DNA from: Eledone cirrhosa
Taxonomy: Eukaryota
DNA: 64,000 nucleotides
Reading direction: 5' to 3'
Assembly (NCBI GenBank): GCA_964016885.1
Contig: OZ024744.1
Location: forward strand, 114,390,001-114,454,000
This document shows positions 51,944 through 64,000 of the stretch, one piece after another. Within the stretch, counting starts at the first letter, position 1, and each line of letters begins with the position of its first letter. The notes under the pieces are model-generated. The model ran no database searches and was not told the origin of the DNA. It was given only the letters and a program-made list of their open reading frames with translations. The translations under genes and the position numbers were made by a program.

Positions 51944-53349
51944 AATGAGGGAAGGGATAAGGAAGGAATGTTACCGCAGAGTAAGAGCAATCTTAAGAAC
52001 GGAATTGAATGCAAGGAATAGGATCGATGCCATAAGCACAGAGATCCGTAGGCTCGATACAAAAATTCGAAAATTCTTAACCATGCACAGAATGCATCAC
52101 CCTAAGGCAGATATAGATAGAATATATCTCCCTAGGAAAGAAGGAGGACGTGGGTTAATCCAGTTAGACATTGCGTTGAAAACTGCAACAATTGGATTAT
52201 CTACATATCTAAGGGAATCACATGATTGGATGATCAAACTCGTTTTGAAACACGAAAGCATCAAAAGATCATATTCCATTACAAAAGATGCACAAAGATA
52301 CAGTAATGGACTACAAATTTCAGAAGTCCCATTTACTGCTGAAATGGAAAACACAGAAAAAGCAAAGCAGGTAAAAGTAACTGCAAAGAAAGAACTGCTA
52401 CAGAAACTGGCTAAGAAATGGCAAGAAAAGCCTCTGTATGGAAAATACTCAGAGCGAGCTAACAATCCTGATGTTGACAAAACTTTAACCCATCAGTGGT
52501 TGGCATCCTCTGGACTGAAATCGGAGACTGAAGGACTGATTATATCAGCACAAGATCAGTGTCTGCCAACAAAAAATTACCAAGCCAACATAATAAAAAA
52601 TGGGTGCTGCCCATTATGCCGTGTATGCAAAAAACAACCAGAGACCATTGACCATATAATTTCAATGTGCAGTCCTATAGCTCCAACCGAATACCTAAAC
52701 AGGCATGACAGAGCTGCACAATACATACATTGGATAATGTGTAAGCATTTTGACCTGCCCCATCAAAAGAATTGGTGGGAGCATCAACCACCTCCCATAC
52801 TTGAAAAAGATCACATCTCAATCTTGTGGAACTTTAGCATCCAAACAGACCGAAAAATAGATGCAAATAGACCTGATATAATATTGAAGGACTTTCAAAG
52901 GAGGGTATGCCTGCTAATTGATATGTCCGTTCCAATAGACAAGAATGTATCTATAAAAACATTTGAAAAATTGAGCAAGTATAAGGACCTGGAGATAGAA
53001 ATTGGAAACATGTGGAAATTGAGAACTAAAACAATACCAGTGGTTGTAGGCGCTCTGGGAATGATACCTAAGGGGTCTAATGATTACATATCGCAAATCC
53101 CAGGAAACCCGCGTATAGGAGAAATACAAAAGATAGTACTAATGGGAACTGCCCATATACTAAGGAAGATTCTGTCAATATAAGTACATCACAAGTCTAA
53201 ACACTAAAGATGCATGTGTGAATATGTATGTTCTTTCTTGAACATGGCGGACCTTGTTGTCTCTTGAGGTCACTGGTTGTGACTTGGTGATAACTCGTAT
53301 GAACATAAAGCAAGATAAATGCAACTGTAATAATAATAATAATAATAAG
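51944..53349 (+). mobile_element. 5'-truncated R4-type family C copy (C1) joined to the TAA tail of family B
   Basis: Aligns to ~56842-58301 with a 54-bp in-frame deletion; has its own (TAA)n tail. Confidence 0.92.
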
Positions 53350-54319
53350 GGAAGAAGACGCACGAGGTGGTAGAAGGTCATGAAATCGCTCCCGTAAGTT
53401 TTTGATTTTTAACATATTTAAATCAATTGAGAAATAACAATTCTTAGTACAAATGTTGCATAAACCACCGAATGAAGTCCCATAAAATTTCGGATCCATA
53501 TTATATTGTTATATCGCTCAAATATTCAATTTTGTATTATATATTTTGTATTAAAAAAAAGAAAATGGTTATAAATGGAAGAAAACACCCTCTGTCTACA
53601 CTATATAGAACAGCCAAATAACAGCAATTTCACCAACACCAGAAACTTGATACACCACCTATCCCATCACACTAAATATAACAGCCAGATAACGGCAATT
53701 TCACCACCACCACCATCAATCCCAGCATCATAATAATAATTACTATTATTATTGTCTCAAATTTTAACAAAATGTTTAATTCCAATTTTACGGGAATAGG
53801 TCAACACAATATATATTAAACATACGAACACAAACTCATAGATACTACATATCACAAAACTCAGTAACCACAACGCCACCGCCGCCACCACCCCATCCAT
53901 CATTGCTACCACTATCCCATCGCCGCCGCCACCACTCCTTCATTGCTACCACCACTATTCCCCTGTTAACTTGAGAGAGAAAGGGGAAGGTGGCGGTATC
54001 ACTAGACAAGGGAGAGGCTAGCAAAAGATATAAATAGATTGACTTAGTGACCTGGCCACCGGCCAAACGTCAACATCAACAACTAAGGGACTGCTGGCTC
54101 ACCCCTTCCTCACCAACAATATAAAAAGCCCCGGCACCACCACCGACATAGCCAACAACAATAACAGGCAACTACAGCAAAAAGTATATTATATTATTGT
54201 AATGCACAGGGTGATTGCTGGCCTTGTGCCTGGAGTGGAGACAATTATTAATAATTTCATTCTTAAGCCACGCAATGCTCACATTAAGGAACCACTCATG
54301 ATAATAACAATTTTAAAAA

Positions 54320-57300
54320 ACAACAAAAAGAAAACCCCGTGACCAAGAAATACCGGGATGGCGGCCGGCGGGGAATAGCCGTGTCTCTAGGGGAGAACGA
54401 CCCCTCTAGTCTTGGTTGACACTCGTTCTAGAAGTGGTAACACGAAATGATTACCCCTTGGCGGATAAGGATAAAACGCGACAAAATAAAGTAAATGTCT
54501 AATGATAAAATCTCATACCGGATCGGCCGTCACCCGGGTAAAAAAGGGCCGCGTCCCTCAGAGAGGAACCAGACTGGGGTCGAAAAATCAGCTAATGGTT
54601 CAAACCTTCCCATCACTTCGGAGCTGGAGACCTCCCATAACCGGAATACTCCTACTGTTGGCCCTCCATGCTCACCACCAAGAAATCCAAAGAAAAAGAG
54701 AGAAAAATGGTCAAGGGAAGATAATAAAGAAGTCCTTGAGGCTTTCTACACTGCCATGTACTACCCATCAAATACATCGAATACAGAACAGACATATATC
54801 AACTGGAAAAAGAAACATCCCGAAAACAGAGGCTATATTGACAGTAACAAAATAGCCAATATACGAAGAAATATTGTAAGAAAAAAGTTACTAACTGATA
54901 TAGAAATTGATCAGATCAAGCTATTAGCACAAAGTCAGCGAAGGGAAAATGAAACATGTGTCAGTGAAAACGAGGTAAACTGTAACACTTCGAATCCCAG
55001 GGTTGGGGCGGAATCACTGGCAACAGAACAAATTAAAGAAAGGATCGAAAAAGTGGAGGGAGTGCATGCTCAGGATGAAACTCCAAATGAAAATAATGAG
55101 ATCGTAAATGATAAAGAAATGAATGAGAATGAACTTGCCAACTTGAAGGATGAAATTATGATCGAATGGATGAACATGAAAGAATCTGACATGGGGGAAC
55201 GAGACACCCTCCCTAAGATCTAGAATTCCAAACAGAACCAAAAGATAATACACAAGACTAACATAATTCTCAAAAACATTATCATTACAAACAAACTAAA
55301 CATTACTGATTTAAATCATCTCTATTGTGCATCGGCTAAAGTCACCACTCACTTATGTGGAGTGAAGATGAAAAAACAAAGGAATTCCCACAAGAAATCT
55401 ACTTGGCAAGAGAACATCAATCGCCAAATAAACCTTCTCCGATCTGACATAGAAATTTTAACAAACTATAAAGTAGGTGAACATGTTAAACAAACTAAAC
55501 TTAGAAAATTGAAAAAAAAGTACAGTATAAAATCAACATGTGACATAGACATGCTGATAGAAATAATCAAGCAAAAAGTGTCGGCCAAAGCTGCTCGTAT
55601 AAGGCGCTTTGAAAAACGATCTAGATTCTATAAGGACAATAATATGTTCAAAAACAACCAAAGAAACTTCTACAGAAAAATTGGTAAGTCAACAATAACT
55701 ACTAAATCAATACCACCCAAGGAGGAAGTGCAAGAATTCTGGGAAAAGATCTGGGCCGAAGAAAAAGTTCATAACATACATGCCCCATGACAAATGAAAG
55801 ATACAGCTCACCTTGGGGAACAAATATGGGAAAATATAACAGTTGAACAGTTGCGCTTGACTCTAAGAAAAACCAGCAAATGGAAATCCCCAGGAAAAGA
55901 CAAAATACAAAACTTTTGGATAAATGCCTTCACAGAGTCTCATGAGCTGTTAGCCCAACTTTACAATGAAATAGTTAAGGAGCCAGAAAAGATACCATCA
56001 TGGCTAGTTAACGGCATTACATTCCTGCTTCCGAAGAATGATGAGACAAACAATCCCAAAAATTACAGACCGATAACTTGCTTGACCACAATGTATAAAA
56101 TTTTAACATCAGTCCTAACTGAATACACATATGACCACCTGATAACAAATGACCTATTTCCCATTGAGCAGAAAGGGTGTAAACGAGGCTCATATGGCTG
56201 TAAGGATCAGCTTCTGGTTAACAAAATGATACTGGAAGATTGTCATAATAGACACAAAAATCTATCGATTGCTTGGATAGATTATAAAAAAGCATTCGAC
56301 AGTTTGCCACACAGTTGGATTGAAAAATGTTTAGAGATTTTCAAAATATCCCCCGTTGTCAGGAGGTTTTTGTCATTCAGTATGAAGACATGGAAAACGA
56401 CACTCCTTTTGAATAGTGAAACAAAATCACTGGAAGCTGGAAAAGTTAATATTAATTGTGGAATTTTTCAGGGTGACTCTTTATCACCGCTTTTATTCTG
56501 CATCGCACTTATACCATTAAGTAAAATGCTCAATGAAACAAAACATGGATATAAAATCTATGACAAACCATTAATCACCTGTTCTACATGGATGACCTGA
56601 AACTATTTGCAAAAAATGATGAACAATTGCAAGGGCTATTATCCACTGTGGAGCAGTTCAGTGATGACATTAAAATGGAGTTTGGACTAGATAAATGCGC
56701 CAAAGCAACGTTCACCAGAGGAAAGCTGCTGAAAAGTTCAGACATTAATCTTGATCGAGGGAATGTGATAAGAGAACTTGATCAAGAAAAAACTTACAAA
56801 TATCTAGGTGTTTGTGAAGGAGACGGAATCAAGCACTCGACAATGAGGGAAAGGATAAGGAAGGAATGTTACCGCAGAGTAAGAGCAATCTTAAGAACGG
56901 AATTGAATGCAAGGAATAGGATCGATGCCATAAACACGCTTGCCATACCAGTAGTAACCTACAATTACAATGTCTTCAACTGGTCAAGCACAGAGATCCG
57001 TAGGCTCGATACAAAAATTCGAAAATTCTTAACCATGCACAGAATGCATCACCCTAAGGCAGATATAGATAGAATATATCTCCCTAGGAAAGAAGGAGGA
57101 CGTGGGTTAATCCAGTTAGACATTGCGTTGAAAACTGCAACAATTGGATTATCTACATATCTAAGGGAATCACATGATTGGATGATCAAACTCGTTTTGA
57201 AACACGAAAGCATCAAAAGATTATATTCCATTACAAAAGATGCACAAAGATACAGTAATGGACTACAAATTTCAGAAGTCCCATTTACTGCTGAAATGGA

Positions 57301-58301
57301 AAACATAGAAAAAGCAAAGCAGGTAAAAGTAACTGCAAAGAAAGAACTGCTACAGAAACTGGCTAAGAAATGGCAAGAAAAGCCTCTGTATGGAAAATAC
57401 CCAGAGCGAGCTAACAATCCTGATGTTGACAAAACTTTAACCCATCAGTGGTTGGCATCCTCTGGACTGAAATCGGAGACTGAAGGACTGATTATATCAG
57501 CACAAGATCAGTGTCTGCCAACAAAAAATTACCAAGCCAACATAATAAAAAATGGATGCAGCCCATTATGCCGTGTATGCAAAAAACAACCAGAGACCAT
57601 TGACTATATAATTTCAATGTGCAGTCCTATAGCTCCAACCGAATACCTAAACAGGCATGACAGAGCTGCACAATACATACATTGGATAATGTGTAAGCAT
57701 TTTGACCTGCCCCATCAAAAGAATTGGTGGGAGCATCAACCACCTCCCATACTTGAAAAAGATCACATCTCAATCTTGTGGAACTTTAGCATCCAAACAG
57801 ACCGAAAAATAGATGCAAATAGACCTGATATAATATTGAAGGACTTTCAAAGGAGGGTATGCCTGCTAATTGATATGTCCGTTCCAATAGACAAGAATGT
57901 ATCTATAAAAACATTTGAAAAATTGAGCAAGTATAAGGACCTGGAGATAGAAATTGGAAACATGTGGAAATTGAGAACTAAAACAATACCAGTGGTTGTA
58001 GGCGCTCTGGGAATGATACCTAAGGGGTCTAATGATTACATATCGCAAATCCCAGGAAACCCGCGTATAGGAGAAATACAAAAGATAGTACTAATGGGAA
58101 CTGCCCATATACTAAGGAAGATTCTGTCAATATAAGTACATCACAAGTCTAAACACTAAAGATGCATGTGTGAATATGTATGTTCTTTCTTGAACATGGC
58201 GGACCTTGTTGTCTCTTGAGGTCACTGGTTGTGACTTGGTGATAACTCGTATGAACATAAAGCAAGATAAATGCAACTGTAATAATAATAATAATAATAA
58301 T
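54320..58301 (+). mobile_element. R4/Dong-type family C full-length but disabled copy (C2)
   Basis: ORF pieces 54495-55223, 55362-55790, 55794-56600, 56588-58135 with RT (MDD), Zn knuckle (H to Y), RHD and RPD. Stop at 55221, lesion near 55788, frameshift near 56570. Confidence 0.93.
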
Positions 58302-59274
58302 AAGGGAAGAAGACGCACGAGGTGGTAGAAGGTCATGAAATCGCTCCCGTAAGTTTTTGATTTTTAACATATTTAAATCAATTGAGAAATAACAATTCTT
58401 AGTACAAATGTTGCATAAACCACCGAATGAAGTCCCATAAAATTTCGGATCCATATTATATTGTTATATCGCTCAAATATTCAATTTTGTATTATATATT
58501 TTGTATTAAAAAAAAGAAAATGGTTATAAATGGAAGAAAACACCCTCTGTCTACACTATATAGAACAGCCAAATAACAGCAATTTCACCAACACCAGAAA
58601 CTTGATACACCACCTATCCCATCACACTAAATATAACAGCCAGATAACGGCAATTTCACCACCACCACCATCAATCCCAGCATCATAATAATAATTACTA
58701 TTATTATTGTCTCAAATTTTAACAAAATGTTTAATTCCAATTTTACGGGAATAGGTCAACACAATATATATTAAACATACGAACACAAACTCATAGATAC
58801 TACATATCACAAAACTCAGTAACCACAACGCCACCGCCGCCACCACCCCATCCATCATTGCTACCACTATCCCATCGCCGCCGCCACCACTCCTTCATTG
58901 CTACCACCACTATTCCCCTGTTAACTTGAGAGAGAAAGGGGAAGGTGGCGGTATCACTAGACAAGGGAGAGGCTAGCAAAAGATATAAATAGATTGACTT
59001 AGTGACCTGGCCACCGGCCAAACGTCAACATCAACAACTAAGGGACTGCTGGCTCACCCCTTCCTCACCAACAATATAAAAAGCCCCGGCACCACCACCG
59101 ACATAGCCAACAACAATAACAGGCAACTACAGCAAAAAGTATATTATATTATTGTAATGCACAGGGTGATTGCTGGCCTTGTGCCTGGAGTGGAGACAAT
59201 TATTAATAATTTCATTCTTAAGCCACGCAATGCTCACATTAAGGAACCACTCATGATAATAACAATTTTAAAAA

Positions 59275-62200
59275 ACAACAAAAAGAAAACCCCGTGACCA
59301 AGAAATACCGGGATGGCGGCCGGCGGGGAATAGCCGTGTCTCTAGGGGAGAACGACCCCTCTAGTCTTGGTTGACACTCGTTCTAGAAGTGGTAACACGA
59401 AATGATTACCCCTTGGCGGATAAGGATAAAACGCGACAAAATAAAGTAAATGTCTAATGATAAAATCTCATACCGGATCGGCCGTCACCCGGGTAAAAAA
59501 GGGCCGCGTCCCTCAGAGAGGAACCAGACTGGGGTCGAAAAATCAGCTAATGGTTCAAACCTTCCCATCACTTCGGAGCTGGAGACCTCCCATAACCGGA
59601 ATACTCCTACTGTTGGCCCTCCATGCTCACCACCAAGAAATCCAAAGAAAAAGAGAGAAAAATGGTCAAGGGAAGATAATAAAGAAGTCCTTGAGGCTTT
59701 CTACACTGCCATGTACTACCCATCAAATACATCGAATACAGAACAGACATATATCAACTGGAAAAAGAAACATCCCGAAAACAGAGGCTATATTGACAGT
59801 AACAAAATAGCCAATATACGAAGAAATATTGTAAGAAAAAAGTTACTAACTGATATAGAAATTGATCAGATCAAGCTATTAGCACAAAGTCAGCGAAGGG
59901 AAAATGAAACATGTGTCAGTGAAAACGAGGTAAACTGTAACACTTCGAATCCCAGGGTTGGGGCGGAATCACTGGCAACAGAACAAATTAAAGAAAGGAT
60001 CGAAAAAGTGGAGGGAGTGCATGCTCAGGATGAAACTCCAAATGAAAATAATGAGATCGTAAATGATAAAGAAATGAATGAGAATGAACTTGCCAACTTG
60101 AAGGATGAAATTATGATCGAATGGATGAACATGAAAGAATCTGACATGGGGGAACGAGACACCCTCCCTAAGATCTAGAATTCCAAACAGAACCAAAAGA
60201 TAATACACAAGACTAACATAATTCTCAAAAACATTATCATTACAAACAAACTAAACATTACTGATTTAAATCATCTCTATTGTGCATCGGCTAAAGTCAC
60301 CACTCACTTATGTGGAGTGAAGATGAAAAAACAAAGGAATTCCCACAAGAAATCTACTTGGCAAGAGAACATCAATCGCCAAATAAACCTTCTCCGATCT
60401 GACATAGAAATTTTAACAAACTATAAAGTAGGTGAACATGTTAAACAAACTAAACTTAGAAAATTGAAAAAAAAGTACAGTATAAAATCAACATGTGACA
60501 TAGACATGCTGATAGAAATAATCAAGCAAAAAGTGTCGGCCAAAGCTGCTCGTATAAGGCGCTTTGAAAAACGATCTAGATTCTATAAGGACAATAATAT
60601 GTTCAAAAACAACCAAAGAAACTTCTACAGAAAAATTGGTAAGTCAACAATAACTACTAAATCAATACCACCCAAGGAGGAAGTGCAAGAATTCTGGGAA
60701 AAGATCTGGGCCGAAGAAAAAGTTCATAACATACATGCCCCATGACAAATGAAAGATACAGCTCACCTTGGGGAACAAATATGGGAAAATATAACAGTTG
60801 AACAGTTGCGCTTGACTCTAAGAAAAACCAGCAAATGGAAATCCCCAGGAAAAGACAAAATACAAAACTTTTGGATAAATGCCTTCACAGAGTCTCATGA
60901 GCTGTTAGCCCAACTTTACAATGAAATAGTTAAGGAGCCAGAAAAGATACCATCATGGCTAGTTAACGGCATTACATTCCTGCTTCCGAAGAATGATGAG
61001 ACAAACAATCCCAAAAATTACAGACCGATAACTTGCTTGACCACAATGTATAAAATTTTAACATCAGTCCTAACTGAATACACATATGACCACCTGATAA
61101 CAAATGACCTATTTCCCATTGAGCAGAAAGGGTGTAAACGAGGCTCATATGGCTGTAAGGATCAGCTTCTGGTTAACAAAATGATACTGGAAGATTGTCA
61201 TAATAGACACAAAAATCTATCGATTGCTTGGATAGATTATAAAAAAGCATTCGACAGTTTGCCACACAGTTGGATTGAAAAATGTTTAGAGATTTTCAAA
61301 ATATCCCCCGTTGTCAGGAGGTTTTTGTCATTCAGTATGAAGACATGGAAAACGACACTCCTTTTGAATAGTGAAACAAAATCACTGGAAGCTGGAAAAG
61401 TTAATATTAATTGTGGAATTTTTCAGGGTGACTCTTTATCACCGCTTTTATTCTGCATCGCACTTATACCATTAAGTAAAATGCTCAATGAAACAAAACA
61501 TGGATATAAAATCTATGACAAACCATTAATCACCTGTTCTACATGGATGACCTGAAACTATTTGCAAAAAATGATGAACAATTGCAAGGGCTATTATCCA
61601 CTGTGGAGCAGTTCAGTGATGACATTAAAATGGAGTTTGGACTAGATAAATGCGCCAAAGCAACGTTCACCAGAGGAAAGCTGCTGAAAAGTTCAGACAT
61701 TAATCTTGATCGAGGGAATGTGATAAGAGAACTTGATCAAGAAAAAACTTACAAATATCTAGGTGTTTGTGAAGGAGACGGAATCAAGCACTCGACAATG
61801 AGGGAAAGGATAAGGAAGGAATGTTACCGCAGAGTAAGAGCAATCTTAAGAACGGAATTGAATGCAAGGAATAGGATCGATGCCATAAACACGCTTGCCA
61901 TACCAGTAGTAACCTACAATTACAATGTCTTCAACTGGTCAAGCACAGAGATCCGTAGGCTCGATACAAAAATTCGAAAATTCTTAACCATGCACAGAAT
62001 GCATCACCCTAAGGCAGATATAGATAGAATATATCTCCCTAGGAAAGAAGGAGGACGTGGGTTAATCCAGTTAGACATTGCGTTGAAAACTGCAACAATT
62101 GGATTATCTACATATCTAAGGGAATCACATGATTGGATGATCAAACTCGTTTTGAAACACGAAAGCATCAAAAGATTATATTCCATTACAAAAGATGCAC

Positions 62201-63256
62201 AAAGATACAGTAATGGACTACAAATTTCAGAAGTCCCATTTACTGCTGAAATGGAAAACATAGAAAAAGCAAAGCAGGTAAAAGTAACTGCAAAGAAAGA
62301 ACTGCTACAGAAACTGGCTAAGAAATGGCAAGAAAAGCCTCTGTATGGAAAATACCCAGAGCGAGCTAACAATCCTGATGTTGACAAAACTTTAACCCAT
62401 CAGTGGTTGGCATCCTCTGGACTGAAATCGGAGACTGAAGGACTGATTATATCAGCACAAGATCAGTGTCTGCCAACAAAAAATTACCAAGCCAACATAA
62501 TAAAAAATGGATGCAGCCCATTATGCCGTGTATGCAAAAAACAACCAGAGACCATTGACTATATAATTTCAATGTGCAGTCCTATAGCTCCAACCGAATA
62601 CCTAAACAGGCATGACAGAGCTGCACAATACATACATTGGATAATGTGTAAGCATTTTGACCTGCCCCATCAAAAGAATTGGTGGGAGCATCAACCACCT
62701 CCCATACTTGAAAAAGATCACATCTCAATCTTGTGGAACTTTAGCATCCAAACAGACCGAAAAATAGATGCAAATAGACCTGATATAATATTGAAGGACT
62801 TTCAAAGGAGGGTATGCCTGCTAATTGATATGTCCGTTCCAATAGACAAGAATGTATCTATAAAAACATTTGAAAAATTGAGCAAGTATAAGGACCTGGA
62901 GATAGAAATTGGAAACATGTGGAAATTGAGAACTAAAACAATACCAGTGGTTGTAGGCGCTCTGGGAATGATACCTAAGGGGTCTAATGATTACATATCG
63001 CAAATCCCAGGAAACCCGCGTATAGGAGAAATACAAAAGATAGTACTAATGGGAACTGCCCATATACTAAGGAAGATTCTGTCAATATAAGTACATCACA
63101 AGTCTAAACACTAAAGATGCATGTGTGAATATGTATGTTCTTTCTTGAACATGGCGGACCTTGTTGTCTCTTGAGGTCACTGGTTGTGACTTGGTGATAA
63201 CTCGTATGAACATAAAGCAAGATAAATGCAACTGTAATAATAATAATAATAATAAT
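59275..63256 (+). mobile_element. R4/Dong-type family C disabled copy (C3), apparently identical to C2
   Basis: Identical translated fragments and lesions at +4955. Confidence 0.93.
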
Positions 63257-64000
63257 AAGGGAAGAAGACGCACGAGGTGGTAGAAGGTCATGAAATCGCT
63301 CCCGTAAGTTTTTGATTTTTAACATATTTAAATCAATTGAGAAATAACAATTCTTAGTACAAATGTTGCATAAACCACCGAATGAAGTCCCATAAAATTT
63401 CGGATCCATATTATATTGTTATATCGCTCAAATATTCAATTTTGTATTATATATTTTGTATTAAAAAAAAGAAAATGGTTATAAATGGAAGAAAACACCC
63501 TCTGTCTACACTATATAGAACAGCCAAATAACAGCAATTTCACCAACACCAGAAACTTGATACACCACCTATCCCATCACACTAAATATAACAGCCAGAT
63601 AACGGCAATTTCACCACCACCACCATCAATCCCAGCATCATAATAATAATTACTATTATTATTGTCTCAAATTTTAACAAAATGTTTAATTCCAATTTTA
63701 CGGGAATAGGTCAACACAATATATATTAAACATACGAACACAAACTCATAGATACTACATATCACAAAACTCAGTAACCACAACGCCACCGCCGCCACCA
63801 CCCCATCCATCATTGCTACCACTATCCCATCGCCGCCGCCACCACTCCTTCATTGCTACCACCACTATTCCCCTGTTAACTTGAGAGAGAAAGGGGAAGG
63901 TGGCGGTATCACTAGACAAGGGAGAGGCTAGCAAAAGATATAAATAGATTGACTTAGTGACCTGGCCACCGGCCAAACGTCAACATCAACAACTAAGGGA

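Larger units (their letters stand above)
53350..64000. repeat. 4955-bp tandem repeat (~1-kb spacer plus family C element), running off the window end
   Basis: ORF-track features recur exactly: 54495/59450, 56588/61543, 53845/58800/63755. Confidence 0.97.

Noticed and set aside
53197-54066. Spacer ORFs (MDPKFYG..., MAGGQVT...) as a tandemly amplified gene
   Set aside because: They overlap the antisense LINE 3' UTR or low-complexity CCA/CCG tracts. Recurrence is explained by the DNA duplication.

Overview
Eukaryotic, repeat-dominated animal DNA. The SINE/RTE/microsatellite make-up suggests an octopus-like cephalopod (inference). Bases 1-18950 are a 45-bp satellite with a quasi-palindromic monomer and higher-order repeats of 2301 bp and 3384 bp; all ORFs there are repeat artefacts. 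The rest is nested mobile DNA: a degraded L1/Tx1 LINE, RTE fragments, three families of restriction-like-endonuclease (R4/Dong-type) retroelements sitting in (TAA)n or (CATA)n microsatellites, tRNA-derived SINEs with target-site duplications (TSDs), non-autonomous Helitrons, a Merlin deletion derivative, mariner and hAT remnants, and Penelope-like ends with hammerhead-like motifs. Hidden among these are three in-phase minus-strand exons (40551-40442, 31780-31589, 26490-26341) encoding an ANF-receptor (periplasmic-binding-protein type 1) ligand-binding domain, as in receptor guanylyl cyclases. The right end is a 4955-bp tandem array of a dead R4-type element plus spacer. The most novel-looking signals are pseudoknotted 5' leaders of the R4-type elements and hammerhead-like motifs with a CAGAAGA core. 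All alignments, pairings and coordinates were done by eye.
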